Shown here: positions 48,955 to 64,000 of the stretch, piece after piece
Layout: each line of letters opens with the position of its first letter
How positions within the stretch are numbered: position 1 is the stretch's first letter
Source: Macrostomum lignano
Lineage: Eukaryota
Length of the DNA: 64,000 nucleotides
Assembly: GCA_002269645.1 (NCBI GenBank)
Contig: NIVC01000481.1
Coordinates: forward strand, 372,001 to 436,000
Direction of reading: 5' to 3'
The notes under the pieces: model-generated
Seen by the model: the letters and a program-made list of their open reading frames with translations, nothing else
Database searches by the model: none
What the model was told of the DNA's origin: nothing
Made by a program: the position numbers and the translations under genes

Positions 48955-49323
48955 CGAGGGGGCCGTGGCCCAGCGGTCTAGCGCAGGCTCTGGTGTTCCA
49001 GCGACCCAGGCTCGATTCCAAGTGCAGTCACATTAATTTGGGGCTAAATTGGAATCTCGGCTTGGCTCTGCTCATGCAATTAACGGCCTTGAGAGCCAAC
49101 CCCCCAAGGCGCAGTGAAGTGTACATGCCTAACGATAATATAAAGTTAGGGCCGCTGCACACTCCTGTGTGAGTGTGTGCCTGCGTACGTATCCGCGCGC
49201 TTGTATGCCTGCTCAGGGCAGTCGGCGGAATGGGCAGTATAATGCCTCTCGCCGGTTGTGTGCCTATGTCGCTTAAAGTGCGCCAGGGTGCACACAACCC
49301 CCCTGCCTCTAATAAAATAAAAA
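48955..49323 (+). mobile_element. tRNA-derived SINE (~370 bp)
   Basis: Pol III A-box TGGCCCAGCGG (48966-48976), B-box GGCTCGATTCC (49009-49019) and an A-rich tail TAATAAAATAAAAA. Flanked by a 13-bp direct repeat ATGCCGTC(C/T)ATAA (48942-48954, 49324-49336). Confidence 0.82.
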
Positions 49324-50180
49324 ATGCCGTCTATAATAAACCATACTTCAGTCATAGCTGGATATTTTAATGGGTTATTGTCATTGACACTTGCTTTTGC
49401 GTCAGCTTTTGCCTTTAGGGTTTGTTCACCCTGGCCAGCATTAAATAAATGACCTCGGAATCATTGATATTCAAGTAAAACTGCATGTGTGATCACAGAC
49501 AATCTGGTCTCGATTGATAGCCGTGTGGACAACCCTTTATCATGTTGAAGAAGCTACTAACGAGACTTCTTATCTATTATTAATTAAAGAACTCATTGCA
49601 TCCGATGAACTGTTTAGATGATTCAGAAGAGTTTATTGCAGGAGCAATAGCTAATTTTTGCAAAATTTGTGGCTTGTTTTATTAGTTAAATGAACATTAA
49701 TTATCTCGTGCTAATCGGGAGAATCGGAGTTTAGAAAACGTATGAAAGCAGTCCTGCAGCCTAGATGTATGAATTTTTTTGATTTGTTGATGATTTGGAC
49801 ATGCATTGGCGTATCCTAGCTATATAGTATAGTGATCGATTTATTTCTTCATGAGGGTGTACAAAGTACACGTACATATAAGCTTGCTTAAATAGCAAAG
49901 TGTATGTACACATGTTGCAATCGTAACTATAAGCTAGGAACAGCCGGCTCAAGTGAGTGTGCAGTGTACATGTAAAATTCATGAATATGAAAAATGATTC
50001 TATAGTGATGAGAAACAAAAGCTCATACATGTACATGAGAAACAATTACACATACAGTCTTACATACATTTAATGTACATCGAACATGTAACATCAGCAG
50101 CAGCGTGCGGTTCTTGCCAAAACTGAAACAACATCGATCTGCGATGATCTTTGCTCCCGCGATGCAAGATACTCGCGTAT

Positions 50181-50876
50181 TTATGGATTATCGTCGTCGG
50201 CACTCGGACCGCTAACGACATCGCCAATGAAAATGTCGGCCCTAAAGGCTCCAGTGTCTGGCGATATCATGGACGGTCGCTCCTCATCGACAGCTCTTTC
50301 AGATTTGATATCCAAGCTGCTCATTGTGGATCGACTTGATATTGAGCCGACGTCTGACTGCTCATATTCAGTGTTTTCATCGGCGGTTGCAACGTCGCAT
50401 TCTATTACCAATGATTTCTTGAATTCTTGCTGTTTTGTCGGTTTCAAAATCGTTTCGAGCTGTTGAGCAGCTTGCTCTCCTTGCTGAGCTGGCAATTGCT
50501 GCTTCTGCTGAGTCTTGAGTACCTTGATCTCTTCCACGGCTAACTTGATTTTATTGACAACGAATGCTATGTCAGGATAGACATGGTCCTTGCTAGTTTG
50601 ACAGACCGGACTATTTGACGTGCTGATGTACACGTCGAACGAACCGTAAGATCCCATCTCGACTAGCAGATTCTCAAACGGAAACGATTCAATTTGAAAT
50701 CGGAGCCGACGATGCAACTCGCGCAGAGCCACCTGGCTCAGGTGATATGTTGAAGTGATGACCCGAACTTCCGGATAAAGTGCTTTAGAATCGTCCTGCT
50801 GCGGTAGGATTGTAGTCACGGTTGACGGCTTGAACGACTGGCCTCCCGACTTTGATCTCTGATGCTTTGCTGACAT
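50181..50876 (-). CDS. Hypothetical protein (231 aa), possible Rdx/SelW/MIEN1-like thioredoxin fold lacking CxxC
   Basis: Non-repetitive ORF with an ATG and coding-like GC content within AT-rich flanks. The segment EVRVIT...RELHRRL...FP...MGSYGSFDVYI...VYP...VVNKIKLAV resembles the Rdx layout by eye only. Confidence 0.65.
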   Translation of the reverse strand: MSAKHQRSKSGGQSFKPSTVTTILPQQDDSKALYPEVRVITSTYHLSQVALRELHRRLRFQIESFPFENLLVEMGSYGSFDVYISTSNSPVCQTSKDHVYPDIAFVVNKIKLAVEEIKVLKTQQKQQLPAQQGEQAAQQLETILKPTKQQEFKKSLVIECDVATADENTEYEQSDVGSISSRSTMSSLDIKSERAVDEERPSMISPDTGAFRADIFIGDVVSGPSADDDNP

Positions 50877-51170
50877 TTGAGTTGGATGTAAAAGTACACA
50901 AATTTTGTGCTTTAATTACAAATTGTTTTCAGAATTGAGATGTTAATTGATTTTATTATACAGCTGAGGCTCAACTGAAACTGCAAGTTGAAGCCATAGA
51001 CAAGAAGCTTTGAAAACTTGACCAATGAAATTCAGAGTTAAAACTCTAATTGGGTGTCAAGGGTCTCCTTATTTTAATGTATGAGGCTTCGAACTAAGCC
51101 TAAGGTTCCGTGTCTGGACTCGACTCTACGCTGCATGGATGGTCAATGGAACCTTTCATTTGCTCTCGCT

Positions 51171-51966
51171 TGAGCTCACTCATGAACTCACTCATGAACT
51201 CACTCATGAACTCACTCATGAACTCACTCTTGAACTCACTCATGAACTCACTCATGAACTCACTCATGAACTCACTCATGAACTCACTCATGAACTCACT
51301 CATGAACTCACTCATGAACTCACTCATGAACTCATTCATGAACTCACTCATGAACTCACTCATGAACTCACTCATGAACTCACTCATGAACTCACTCATG
51401 AACTCACTCATGAACTCACTCATGAACTCACTCATGAACTCACTCACGAACTCACTCACGAACTCACTCACGAACTCACTCACGAACTCACTCATGAACT
51501 CACTCATGAACTCACTCATGAACTCATTCATTATTTCACACATGAACTCACTCATTATTTCACACATGAACTCACTCATGAACTCACTCATGAACTCACT
51601 CATGAACTCACTCATGAACTCACTCATGAACTCACTCATAAACTCACTCATGAACTCACTCATGAACTCACTCATGAACTCACTCATGAACTCACTCATG
51701 AACTCACTCATGAACTCACTCACGAACTCACTCATGAACTCACTCATGAACTTACTCACGAACTCACTCATGAACTCACTCATGAACTCACTCATGAACT
51801 CACTCATGAACTCACTCACGAACTCACTCATGAACTCACTCATGAACTCACTCATGAACTCACTCACGAACTCACTCACGAACTCACTCATGAACTCACT
51901 CATGAACTCACTCATGAACTTACTCATGAACTCACTCATGAACTCACTCATGAACTCACTCATGAA
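51171..51966. repeat. Minisatellite, 12 bp unit CATGAACTCACT
   Basis: About 66 copies; source of the MSEF/MNSL/THEL pseudo-ORFs. Confidence 0.98.
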
Positions 51967-52559
51967 ATAAAGCCTTCAGATATTTTTCCATTTATATATT
52001 TGTACCGTACTTAGTAAACATAAGTTCTATCGATAGTGAGCTTAACTGACTACTGTTTCAAACTCAGTGGGATAACATGAGTTTTTTTACACAACATACA
52101 TATTCGCCCGATAATGTCATTATTTCGACAAGTCAAGCTGACAGAAACACAAAACTTAATGAAATAAAGTTGGTTGTCTTTGATACCCAAAACAAGTGAG
52201 TGACAGGCTTGTAGTGATTCCAACAGTTCCTGGTAGTTAGTTAGTTAGTCCCTAGGATTGACGTTAGTTAAAACAGAACTAACTCCAAATGACACACGTG
52301 AAATTGCATGCGCTTATCGGGGTATCAAATGCGGTATTAAAAATTGTGTGCTGAAACCAGCCACAAAATTTTGAATGTATCGATCGCGCTGAAATTCCGC
52401 AACAGGTCTTTTTGGAATATAAAAATAAAATGCGGATATTCAATACCATTGTTGAGCGGCTATTTTGCTCAATTTGCCTGAAAGGTGAGGAACAATGTTA
52501 TTTTAAAAGGTGGTCTGATTTTATTGACGTCAATTTTTGTCATTCCTTGTTCCCGCACC

Positions 52560-53050
52560 TGCCTGTTTGTCTCTAGACCTGTCTGTTTATCCCTAGACCT
52601 GTTGTCTGTTTATCCATAGACCTGTCTGTTTATCTCTAGACCAGTCTGTTTATCCCTAGACCTGTCTGTTTATCCCTAGACCTGTTGTCTGTTTATCCCT
52701 AGGCCTGTCTGTTTATCCCTAGGCTGTCTGTTTATCCCTAGGCCTGTCTGTTTATCCCTAGACCTGTCTGTTTATCCCTAGACCTGTCTGTTTATCCCTA
52801 GACCTGTCTGTTTGTCCCTATACCTGTCTGTTTATCCCTAGACCTGTTGTCTGTTTATCCCTAGACCAGTCTGTTTATCCCTAGACCTGTCTGTTTATCC
52901 CTAGACCTGTCTGTTTGTCCCTAGACCTGTCTGTTTATCCCTAGACCTGTTGTCTGTTTATCCCTAGACCTGTCTGTTTATCCCTAGACCTGTCTGTTTA
53001 TCCCTAGACCTGTTGTCTGTTTATCCCTAGACCTGTCTGTTTATCCCTAC
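52560..53050. repeat. Minisatellite, 20-23 bp unit TGTTTATCCCTAGACCTG(TTG)TC
   Basis: About 23 copies upstream of the GPCR. Confidence 0.95.
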
Positions 53051-53392
53051 ACAATTCTATCACACGGGTTATCCAAATCAAGAATTTATTGATCAAAATT
53101 TCACACGTCAACGTCATATGCTTTCCATCATATCGATTTTTCTCGGTTCATATCACCATACATCTGAGCATCGCTTGGGGCATACAGGAATTTTTATTTT
53201 GCCTTTTCTGCCACTTTATTGCCCTTCTCTTTTGCCAGCCAATCAAGCGACAGGTAACTCACTGAATCCGGAGACTCTACTAAACCAACCCGATGCTTAG
53301 ATATAAACTTGAGCGACCATTCAAACTTGGCATTGTAGAAAGCTTGCTCAGCCACCTAGCAGACTCAAAGTTTTCTCAACTCATAGCTCGAC

Positions 53393-56794
<3,402 letters not shown>

Positions 56795-56904
56795 GTTCAC
56801 CATTTTCTGCTTGGCTGGAGGAACTGAGCTAAAAGAACGGATTTTACACTCGGAATTCAACACTTTGAGTTCTAAATGGCCATTTCATATTTAGCGACGC
56901 CCCA

Positions 56905-57395
56905 TCGATATTGTGTCTGTGCCCCAGCAGTATAAACACATTGATATGTCTGTGCCCCAGCAGTATAAACACATTGATATCCTTGATATTGTGTCTGTGC
57001 CCCAGCAGTATAAACACATTGATATCCTTGATATTGTGTCTGTGCCTCAGCAGTATAAACAAATTGATATCCTTGATATTGTGTCTGTGCCCCAGCAGTA
57101 TAAACACATTGATATCCTTGATATTGTGTCTGTGCCCCAGCAGTATAAATACATTGACATCCTTGATATTGTGTCTGTGCCCCAGCAGTATAAATACATT
57201 GACATCCTTGATATTGTGTCTGTGCCCCAGCAGTATAAATACATTGACATCCTTGATACTGTGTCTGTGCCCCAGCAGTACAAACACATTGATATCCTTG
57301 ATATGTGTTTGTGCCCCAGCAGTATAAACACATTGATATCCTTGATATTGTGTCTGTGCCCCAGCAGTATAAACACATTGATATCCTGGATATTG
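56905..57395. repeat. Minisatellite, 45 bp unit TGTGTCTGTGCCCCAGCAGTATAAACACATTGATATCCTTGATAT
   Basis: About 11 copies; 15-aa periodic pseudo-ORFs. Confidence 0.96.
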
Positions 57396-57472
57396 TGCAT
57401 TAACTTAGCAATTAATGATGTCTAAACAAATAAACTGAAGATTTAATTCTTCTCAGATTTTCTATTGATGAG

Positions 57473-57680
57473 CCAGCCTCCCAGACCATCTTCAGTTGCT
57501 GGACCAGTCTCCCAGATCCCCAGTTGCTGGGCCAGCCTCCCAGATCCTTAGTTGCTGGGCCAGTCCCCCCAGATCCTTAGTTGCTGGGCCAGCCTCCCAG
57601 ATCCTTAGTTGCTGGGCCAGTCCCCCCAGATCCTTAGTTGCTGGGCCAGTCCCCCCAGATCCTTAGTTGCTCGGCCAGTT
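57473..57680. repeat. Second array of the 28 bp CAGCCTCCCAGATCCTTAGTTGCTGGGC unit
   Basis: About 7 copies. Confidence 0.9.
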
Positions 57681-57979
57681 TTGCCAGGCAAAGACAGGCC
57701 TGCAAGTTCATAGGTACAGCCGAGGGAAGATGCAGGCAAGCCAGACAAAGGCGAAGCAACCCATGGGCTTTTTCTTGTTGAGTAGCTGTTTAGTTAGAAG
57801 ACTTCTGCTGCGTGTTTTTCTGCGTGGCCTGAAGAAAATGTTTTCACATAAGGATCGGACTCAAATGCCGTCAATCTTAAAACAGGGAGAGAAAGTGAGT
57901 TCCAAACTGAGAAAATGAGTTCCATCTGATACAAGAATGTAAACAAAACCAAGGTGTCAGTCGGCTCATGAACGGCCTA

Positions 57980-58910
57980 AATGACTGAGTGAGCGGAGAG
58001 GCAGATTCTGACTGACTGAGTGGGCGGAGAGGCAGATTCTGACTGACTGAGTGAGTGGAGAGCCAGATTCTGACTGACTGAGTGAGCGGAGAGGCAGATT
58101 CTGACTGACTGAGTGAGCGGAGAGGCAGATTCTCAATGACTGAGTGAGCGGAGAGGCAGATTCTCAATGACTGAGTGAGCAGAGAGGCAGATTCTCAGTG
58201 ACTGAGTGAGCGGAGAGGCAGATTCTCAATGACTGAGTGAGCGGAGAGGCAGATTCTCAATGACTGAGTGAGCGGAGAGGCAGATTCTCAATGACTGAGT
58301 GAGCGGAGAGGCAGATTCTCAATGACTGAGTGAGCGGAGAGGCAGATTCTCAATGACTGAGTGAGCGGAGAGGCAGATTCTCAATGACTGAGTGAGCGGA
58401 GAGGCAGATTCTCAATAACTGAGTGAGCGGAGAGGCAGATTCTCAATGACTGAGTGAGCGGAGAGGCAGATTCTCAATGACTGAGTGAGCAGAGAGGCAG
58501 ATTCTCAATGACTGAGTGAGCAGAGAGGCAGATTCTCAATGACTGAGTGAGCGGAGAGGCAGATACTCAATGACTGAGTGAGCAGAGAGGCAGATTCTCA
58601 ATGACTGAGTGAGCGGAGAGGCAGATTCTCAATGACTGAGTGAGCGGAGAGGCAGATTCTCAATGGCTGAGTGAGCGGAGAGGCAGATTCTCAATGACTG
58701 AGTGAGTGGAGAGGCAGATTCTCAATGACTGAGTGAGCGGAGAGGCAGATTCTCAGTGACTGAGTTAGCGAAGAGGCAGATTCTCAATGACTGAGTGAGC
58801 GGAGGGGCAGATTCTCAATGACTGAGTGAGCGGAGAGGCAGATTCTCAGTGACTGAGTGAGCGGAGAGGCAGATTCTCAGTGACTGAGTAAGCGGGGGAG
58901 AGGCAGATTC
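57980..58910. repeat. Minisatellite, 31 bp unit GACTGAGTGAGCGGAGAGGCAGATTCTCAAT
   Basis: About 30 copies; period checked (58201 to 58232). Confidence 0.97.
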
Positions 58911-59497
58911 CCAGAGGCGGCTTCAAAACGGTAAAATTCTTAAACAAAAGTAAAAACTCTGCCCTTCTGTTATTTCCCGTCGGGTTTCCTGCTAGCAACG
59001 CTAATTAGCCCAATAACGTGCAAAGGAATAATTAAAAACTGCAATCAGATCTAAGTAGGAAAGTAGGAAAAGTTTGAAAAGATAACCTTGTCTTCTGAGG
59101 TATTTTTACGAGTTGTCGAAATTCATTTCAACGAGACTAAGGATGAGCTTTAATGAGCAGGTATGAAGGTATGTAGAAGTATATATTACTAAGTAGGCAT
59201 TATAGCGAGCCTAATGTCGGGACACGGACACACAGAAGATCATTTGATGACAGCAAGACTTTATATCCCAGAAAATGAGCGGTTATTAGAGAACGCTATT
59301 TGACAGGAAGGAGCGACAATATTTCGAGCAGGTTAATAATATATTCATTAAATTCATAATTTGTGTGGCAGTTTTGTTCGCTAGAGAAAGTAATTAATTG
59401 ATGTCATAAAAAATTTGACCGCAACAGGTAAAGGCGCGTACTTCAATAGATTTACTATGATAGTTTCTTTAATCTGCAACTTTTGTAGCTTGCACGC

Positions 59498-60656
59498 GAT
59501 TCTCATGATGGTTTGCAGGCGATTCTCATGACGGTTTACAGGCGATTCTCATGACGGTTTACAGGCGATTCTCATGACGGTTTACAGGCGATTCTCATGA
59601 CGGTTTACAGGCGATTCTCATGATGGTTTACAGGCGATTCTCATGACGGTTTACAGGCGATTCTCATGGTTTACAGGCGATTCTCATGATGGTTTGCAGG
59701 CGATTCTCATGACGGTTTACAGGCTATTCTCATGGCGGTTTACAGGCGATTCTCATGATGGTTTACAGGCGATTCTCATGATGGTTTACAGGCTATTCTC
59801 ATGACGGTTTACAGGCGATTCTCATGATGGTTTACAGGCGATTCTCATGACGGTTTACAGGCTATTCTCATGGCGGTTTACAGGCGATTCTCATGATGGT
59901 TTACAGGCTATTCTCATGACGGTTTACAGGCGATTCTCATGACGGTTTACAGGCGATTCTCATGACGGTTTACAGGCTATTCTCATGATGGTTTACAGGC
60001 TATTCTCATGATGGTTTACAGGCGATTCTCATGACGGTTTACAGGCTATTCTCATGATGGTTTACAGGCGATTCTCATGACGGTTTACAGGCTATTCTCA
60101 TGACGGTTTACAGACGATTCTCATGGCGGTTTACAGGCTATTCTCATGATGGTTTACAGGCTATTCTCATGATGGTTTACAGGCGATTCTCATGATGGTT
60201 TACAGGCTATTCTCATGACGGTTTACAGGCTATTCTCATGACGGTTTACAGACGATTCTCATGATGGTTTACAGGCTATTCTCATGAAGGTTTACAGGCG
60301 ATTCTCATGACGGTTTACAGGCTATTCTCATGACGGTTTACAGACGATTCTCATGGCGGTTTACAGGCTATTCTCATGATGGTTTACAGGCTATTCTCAT
60401 GATGGTTTACAGGCGATTCTCATGATGGTTTACAGGCTATTCTCATGACGGTTTACAGGCTATTCTCATGACGGTTTACAGACGATTCTCATGATGGTTT
60501 ACAGGCTATTCTCATGAAGGTTTACAGGCGATTCTCATGACGGTTTACAGGCTATTCTCATGACGGTTTACAGGCGATTCTCATGGCGGTTTACAGGCTA
60601 TTCTCATGATGGTTTACAGGCTATTCTCATGGCGGTTTACAGGCGATTCTCATGAT
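59498..60656. repeat. Minisatellite, 23 bp unit GATTCTCATGACGGTTTACAGGC
   Basis: About 50 copies, with higher-order duplicated blocks near 60060-60600. Confidence 0.97.
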
Positions 60657-62130
60657 GGACAGATTTAATCCACGCCTCTTGGCGTACGTCCTGCATGTTC
60701 TTGCCCTCTTTCAAGTTGTTTCAGAGGAGGTTCGTGTTTGTTGCTCCAAAAGTATCGGTAACAATTGTCGATCAAGCTTTGTAGCTCGCGTGTTTCCTTT
60801 ACAGAACATGGTCTTGTGCTGCTGTTTTTTGCTTGTTTTCTTACCTATGCGGCTTTTCGTGTAGCTGAGACCCCTAACTCGTCCTCAAATGCCACTTGCG
60901 CGGCGTTTGCGGTTTTTCAAATCCGCTTGTTTTGTTCCGATCCAGCAGCCGTGGAAGTGGGTCGCCTTGTTGATCTGTCCTTCCAAAGACTGTGTACTTT
61001 TCTATTTGTCGTCGTTGGTGTGTTCTTCGAAGGTGTTCATTTTGGAGTTCACAGTTAAAACGTTCTGGGTACTGCAGCTCTCTGCATAATCACCCTCCTT
61101 TCCGCGTATGCGATAGCTCGTTGTCACATGCAGGTGGATGTTGGTTTGTAAGAAGCTTCTCTTGAGTCCTAGGCGGTTAAGCATCCTCCATAGCTCAAGT
61201 TTATTCACGCCTTCTTTAGATCAAGTAGATCTGCTATTTCGGAAGCCGCTTTGGTTTTCACTGAGTATGCTCTCTCTCTCCGCCAATGTTTTTTGGAAAT
61301 GTTATGCAATACAGACTATTTCTTTCTGGGTTTTTTAATCTGCTTCGTTGATCAGGGGCGTCGCCATGGATTTTATGGTGCTGGGGGACAAAGCCAAGAG
61401 TTCAACATGTACATGACTAAATTGCTAAATGGCACTCATTTTAGCGTCGAAGGCGCTATATTTTGGCGCCCTGTTATTGATTTCCACAAGGGGCACACGG
61501 GGGGGACAAAGCATTGACACGTCCCCCCATTAGCTTTTACTGGGGGGGGGACATGTCTCCCCTGTCGTTGATGTTCGTAGCACATCCTTGACTCAATCCT
61601 TCTTTGTTGCTGATTCTTTCATCGCTTGCCGAATTTCCTACTCGGTTGGTCTTGTGTTGATGTTTTGGTTTGCCTCTATTGCTTCCTTGTTTTGTATTAT
61701 AGGTCATGCATTCTGCCCACTTCGCTGAAGATTTTCTCTCGTTGTATTTGGAATCGGACTTTCGAAGTGTTCAATGAAGTGCTCTGATCTTTGTGTCCCT
61801 GCGTGTGGTTTTCTCGTTCTTTGTGAGTCTCTTTTTGTATGCTTTGTAAATTCTGCGGATCGCCCTCGGGCTGCTCGCTTCGACGCTCTCCTATCATTTC
61901 TTCCCTTCCCTTTTGTCATCATTAGATTTATGCTTCATTCGTTTACTTGCGTCCGCCTTTTGCAAAAATCTCTACTCTTAATTGGTGATCACGTTTGCTC
62001 ATTTTCGGCGGCCACTAATTTTGAATTTTTGGAACAGCCATGGACCTTAATTTACTGAGGTGCATTCTGTTGCGCATAGATTCGAATGATGGTTTCTTGG
62101 CGATTTTTTATGAAAATTGTTTAAAGATCA
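60657..62130 (-). mobile_element. Decayed non-LTR retrotransposon (LINE, RTE/L2-like) ORF2 fragments
   Basis: Minus-strand remnants lie in the expected order: HFIEHFESPIPN (RWxEHFxxLLN-like), RPTE*EIRQAMK, ENQSGFRNSRST (QxGFRxxRST RT motif), VNKLELWRMLNRLGL, DLKNRKRRA..VAF, LPILL. Multiple stops, frameshifts and deletions. Confidence 0.75.
61353..61565. mobile_element. Truncated MITE-like insertion beginning CAGGGGCGTCGCCA inside the LINE fossil
   Basis: GC-rich terminus and GGGGGGGGACATGTCTCCCC motifs interrupt the LINE frame. No second TIR or TSD was found. Confidence 0.45.
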
Positions 62131-62319
62131 AGAAGAGCTTTGTAATTAGCAAACAAGACTATCAAAGAGATAAAAAAGTAAAATAATTTGTGCTTGAGCG
62201 TGCGTGCTGCCTCAGTCGCATTAAAAGTCAAAGCAAACGCATGCCCTGTGCACGCCACAGAACAAGGCAGAGAAGGTCGCTGAGGGTAACAGACTGACAG
62301 CTTTACTTGTGAAACATAC

Positions 62320-62465
62320 CGACAGACAGGCAGACAGACAGACAGGCAGACAGATAGACAGAGACAGACAGACAGACAGGCAGGCAGGCAGACAGACAGA
62401 CAGAAAGACAGACAAACAGACAGACAGACAGACAGGCAGGCAGGCAGACAGACAGACAGGAAGGC

Positions 62466-62500
<35 letters not shown>

Positions 62501-62750
62501 GACAGGCAGGCAGGCAGGCAGGCAGGCAGACAGACAGACAGACAGACAGGCAGGCAGACATACAGACAGACAGACAGTCAGGCAGACAGACAGACAGACA
62601 GACAGGCAGACATACAGACAGACAGGCAGACAGACAGGCAGGCAGACAGACAGGCAGACAGACAGGCAGACAGACAGGCAGGCAGGCAGACAGGCAGACA
62701 GACAGACAGACAGACAGACAGGCAGACAGACACAGACAAGCAGATAGACT
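62320..62750. repeat. Mixed (ACAG)n/(GCAG)n microsatellite
   Basis: Read directly. Confidence 0.96.
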
Positions 62751-63309
62751 TGTTTTCAACAGCAATAAGACTACAGTTGAGAAAGCAGTGTTTAAAAATT
62801 CATCACAGAAGAGCAATCAATCACAGTTTCAATACTGGGTGGAAATGTAGGAATATTTTATTTTCTTAATAACCTCACACAATATTGGTAGCAGGTTACC
62901 ATCGCATGATTTAGAGCAACTAAAATGACGAAGAATACCATTACAATTTAATCATTATAAGAATCAACATAAGAATACAATAGAATAGAAATATAATTGA
63001 TAATTTTAGAAAAAAAATCATTTGTCTTTCAAGTGACCTTTGATTGTGGAATTGAGCAACAGAGGAAATGTAAAGTTGATATGAACTTATAAATCCCAAA
63101 AATAGTAATCATAATCAAATATTCAGCAAAGATGTTACGAATGAAGAATGAAAAAAAAACTGTAAACAAGTTCGATGCTCGATCAAATTTCTCTGCAAAT
63201 TGAATTAAACTAGGAATTTTCACAAAAATTCTGCTCCGCACAAGAAGGCAAAACGTGTGACAAATATTTCTGTACAGGGGTTATTTGTCACTGACTCTCA
63301 GAGGTACTT

Positions 63310-63825
63310 CTACTGGTTTTAGGGGGGGGGGGGAATTTCTCACTAGCTGTAAAAGGGATTTCTCACTGGCTGTAGAGGGAATTCCTCAGTGGCTGTAGGG
63401 GGGATTTCTTACTAAATGCAGGGGAATTCTTCAAGAAATGTAGGGGGAATTCCCCACTGGCTATAAGTGGAATTATTCACGAAATGTAGGAGGAATTCCC
63501 CACTGGCTATAAGGGGAATTCTCCATTTAATTTAGAAGGTATTCCTTACTTGATGTATGGGGAATTCTTCACTAAATGCAGGAGGAATTCCTCGCTGGCT
63601 GCAAGGGGAATTCTTCACTTAACTTAGAGGGTATTCCTCACTAAATGTAGGGGGAATTCTTCACTTAACTTAGAGGGTATTCCTCACTAAATTTAGGGGG
63701 AATTCTTCACTTAACTTAGAGGGTATTCCTCACTGGCTGTAGGGGGAACCATTCACTGGCTTTAGGAGTACTTCTAACTAGCGGTAGGGGGAATTTCTCA
63801 GGGCTGAGGAGGGAATTGTTGCTAA
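63310..63825. repeat. Degenerate ~23 bp minisatellite GGGGGAATTCCTCACTGGCTGTA
   Basis: About 20 diverged copies. Confidence 0.85.
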
Positions 63826-64000
63826 TGAATCTAAGCAAATGACTCAACTAAGAATTTAAAGCATCTGGAGCTGTGAAAAATCTCACGAGCAGCACACAGA
63901 ACACGAACTGGTCCGCCGTGAGCCGACAAGGCAGCCGCCGTGAAACACGTGACCGCAACGAAAAGCTACAAAGTAACGTTCCGACTCGGCTTCAATTGAC

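Noticed and set aside
48957-49030. Functional tRNA gene
   Set aside because: A and B boxes are present, but I cannot build a proper acceptor stem, there is no poly-T terminator, and it continues into a body with an A-rich tail and TSD, so it is a SINE head.
51100-52014. 287-291 aa MSEF/MNSL/THEL repeat proteins
   Set aside because: A 12-bp tandem repeat open in multiple frames on both strands.

Overview
AT-rich, intron-containing animal (eukaryotic) genomic DNA; nothing prokaryotic is visible. I hand-assembled five gene models from GT-AG junctions, and reading-frame phase is conserved at every junction. (1) A 2-exon aerolysin/ETX-MTX2-like beta-pore-forming protein (+, 7559-8877). (2) A 4-exon F-box protein (-, 13884-10032). 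(3) A 19-exon, ~2630-aa SBF1/SBF2 (MTMR5/13)-type DENN-myotubularin-PH pseudophosphatase (-, 48418-15948). (4) A single-exon protein with a possible Rdx/SelW-like fold (-, 50876-50181). (5) A 6-exon class A GPCR with an NRY motif, melatonin-receptor/Tre1-like (+, 53393-56794). About 35 unrelated mini- and microsatellite arrays fill most introns and intergenic gaps, and they account for most entries in the ORF track. Mobile elements: several non-autonomous Helitron-type elements, one with a reconstructable empty site; a hAT MITE with an 8-bp TSD; a tRNA-derived SINE with a 13-bp TSD; and a decayed LINE. The style (a minisatellite in nearly every intron, GC-rich exons with Ala/Gln runs, TTAGGG repeats) suggests the flatworm Macrostomum lignano, but that is inference only. 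The most unusual pattern is that many independent minisatellite units are built on canonical promoter transcription-factor motifs (E2F, NF-Y, ETS, GC-box/E-box, FOX/CRE). This has not been tested statistically. Exon coordinates were read by eye and a few splice sites have alternatives.
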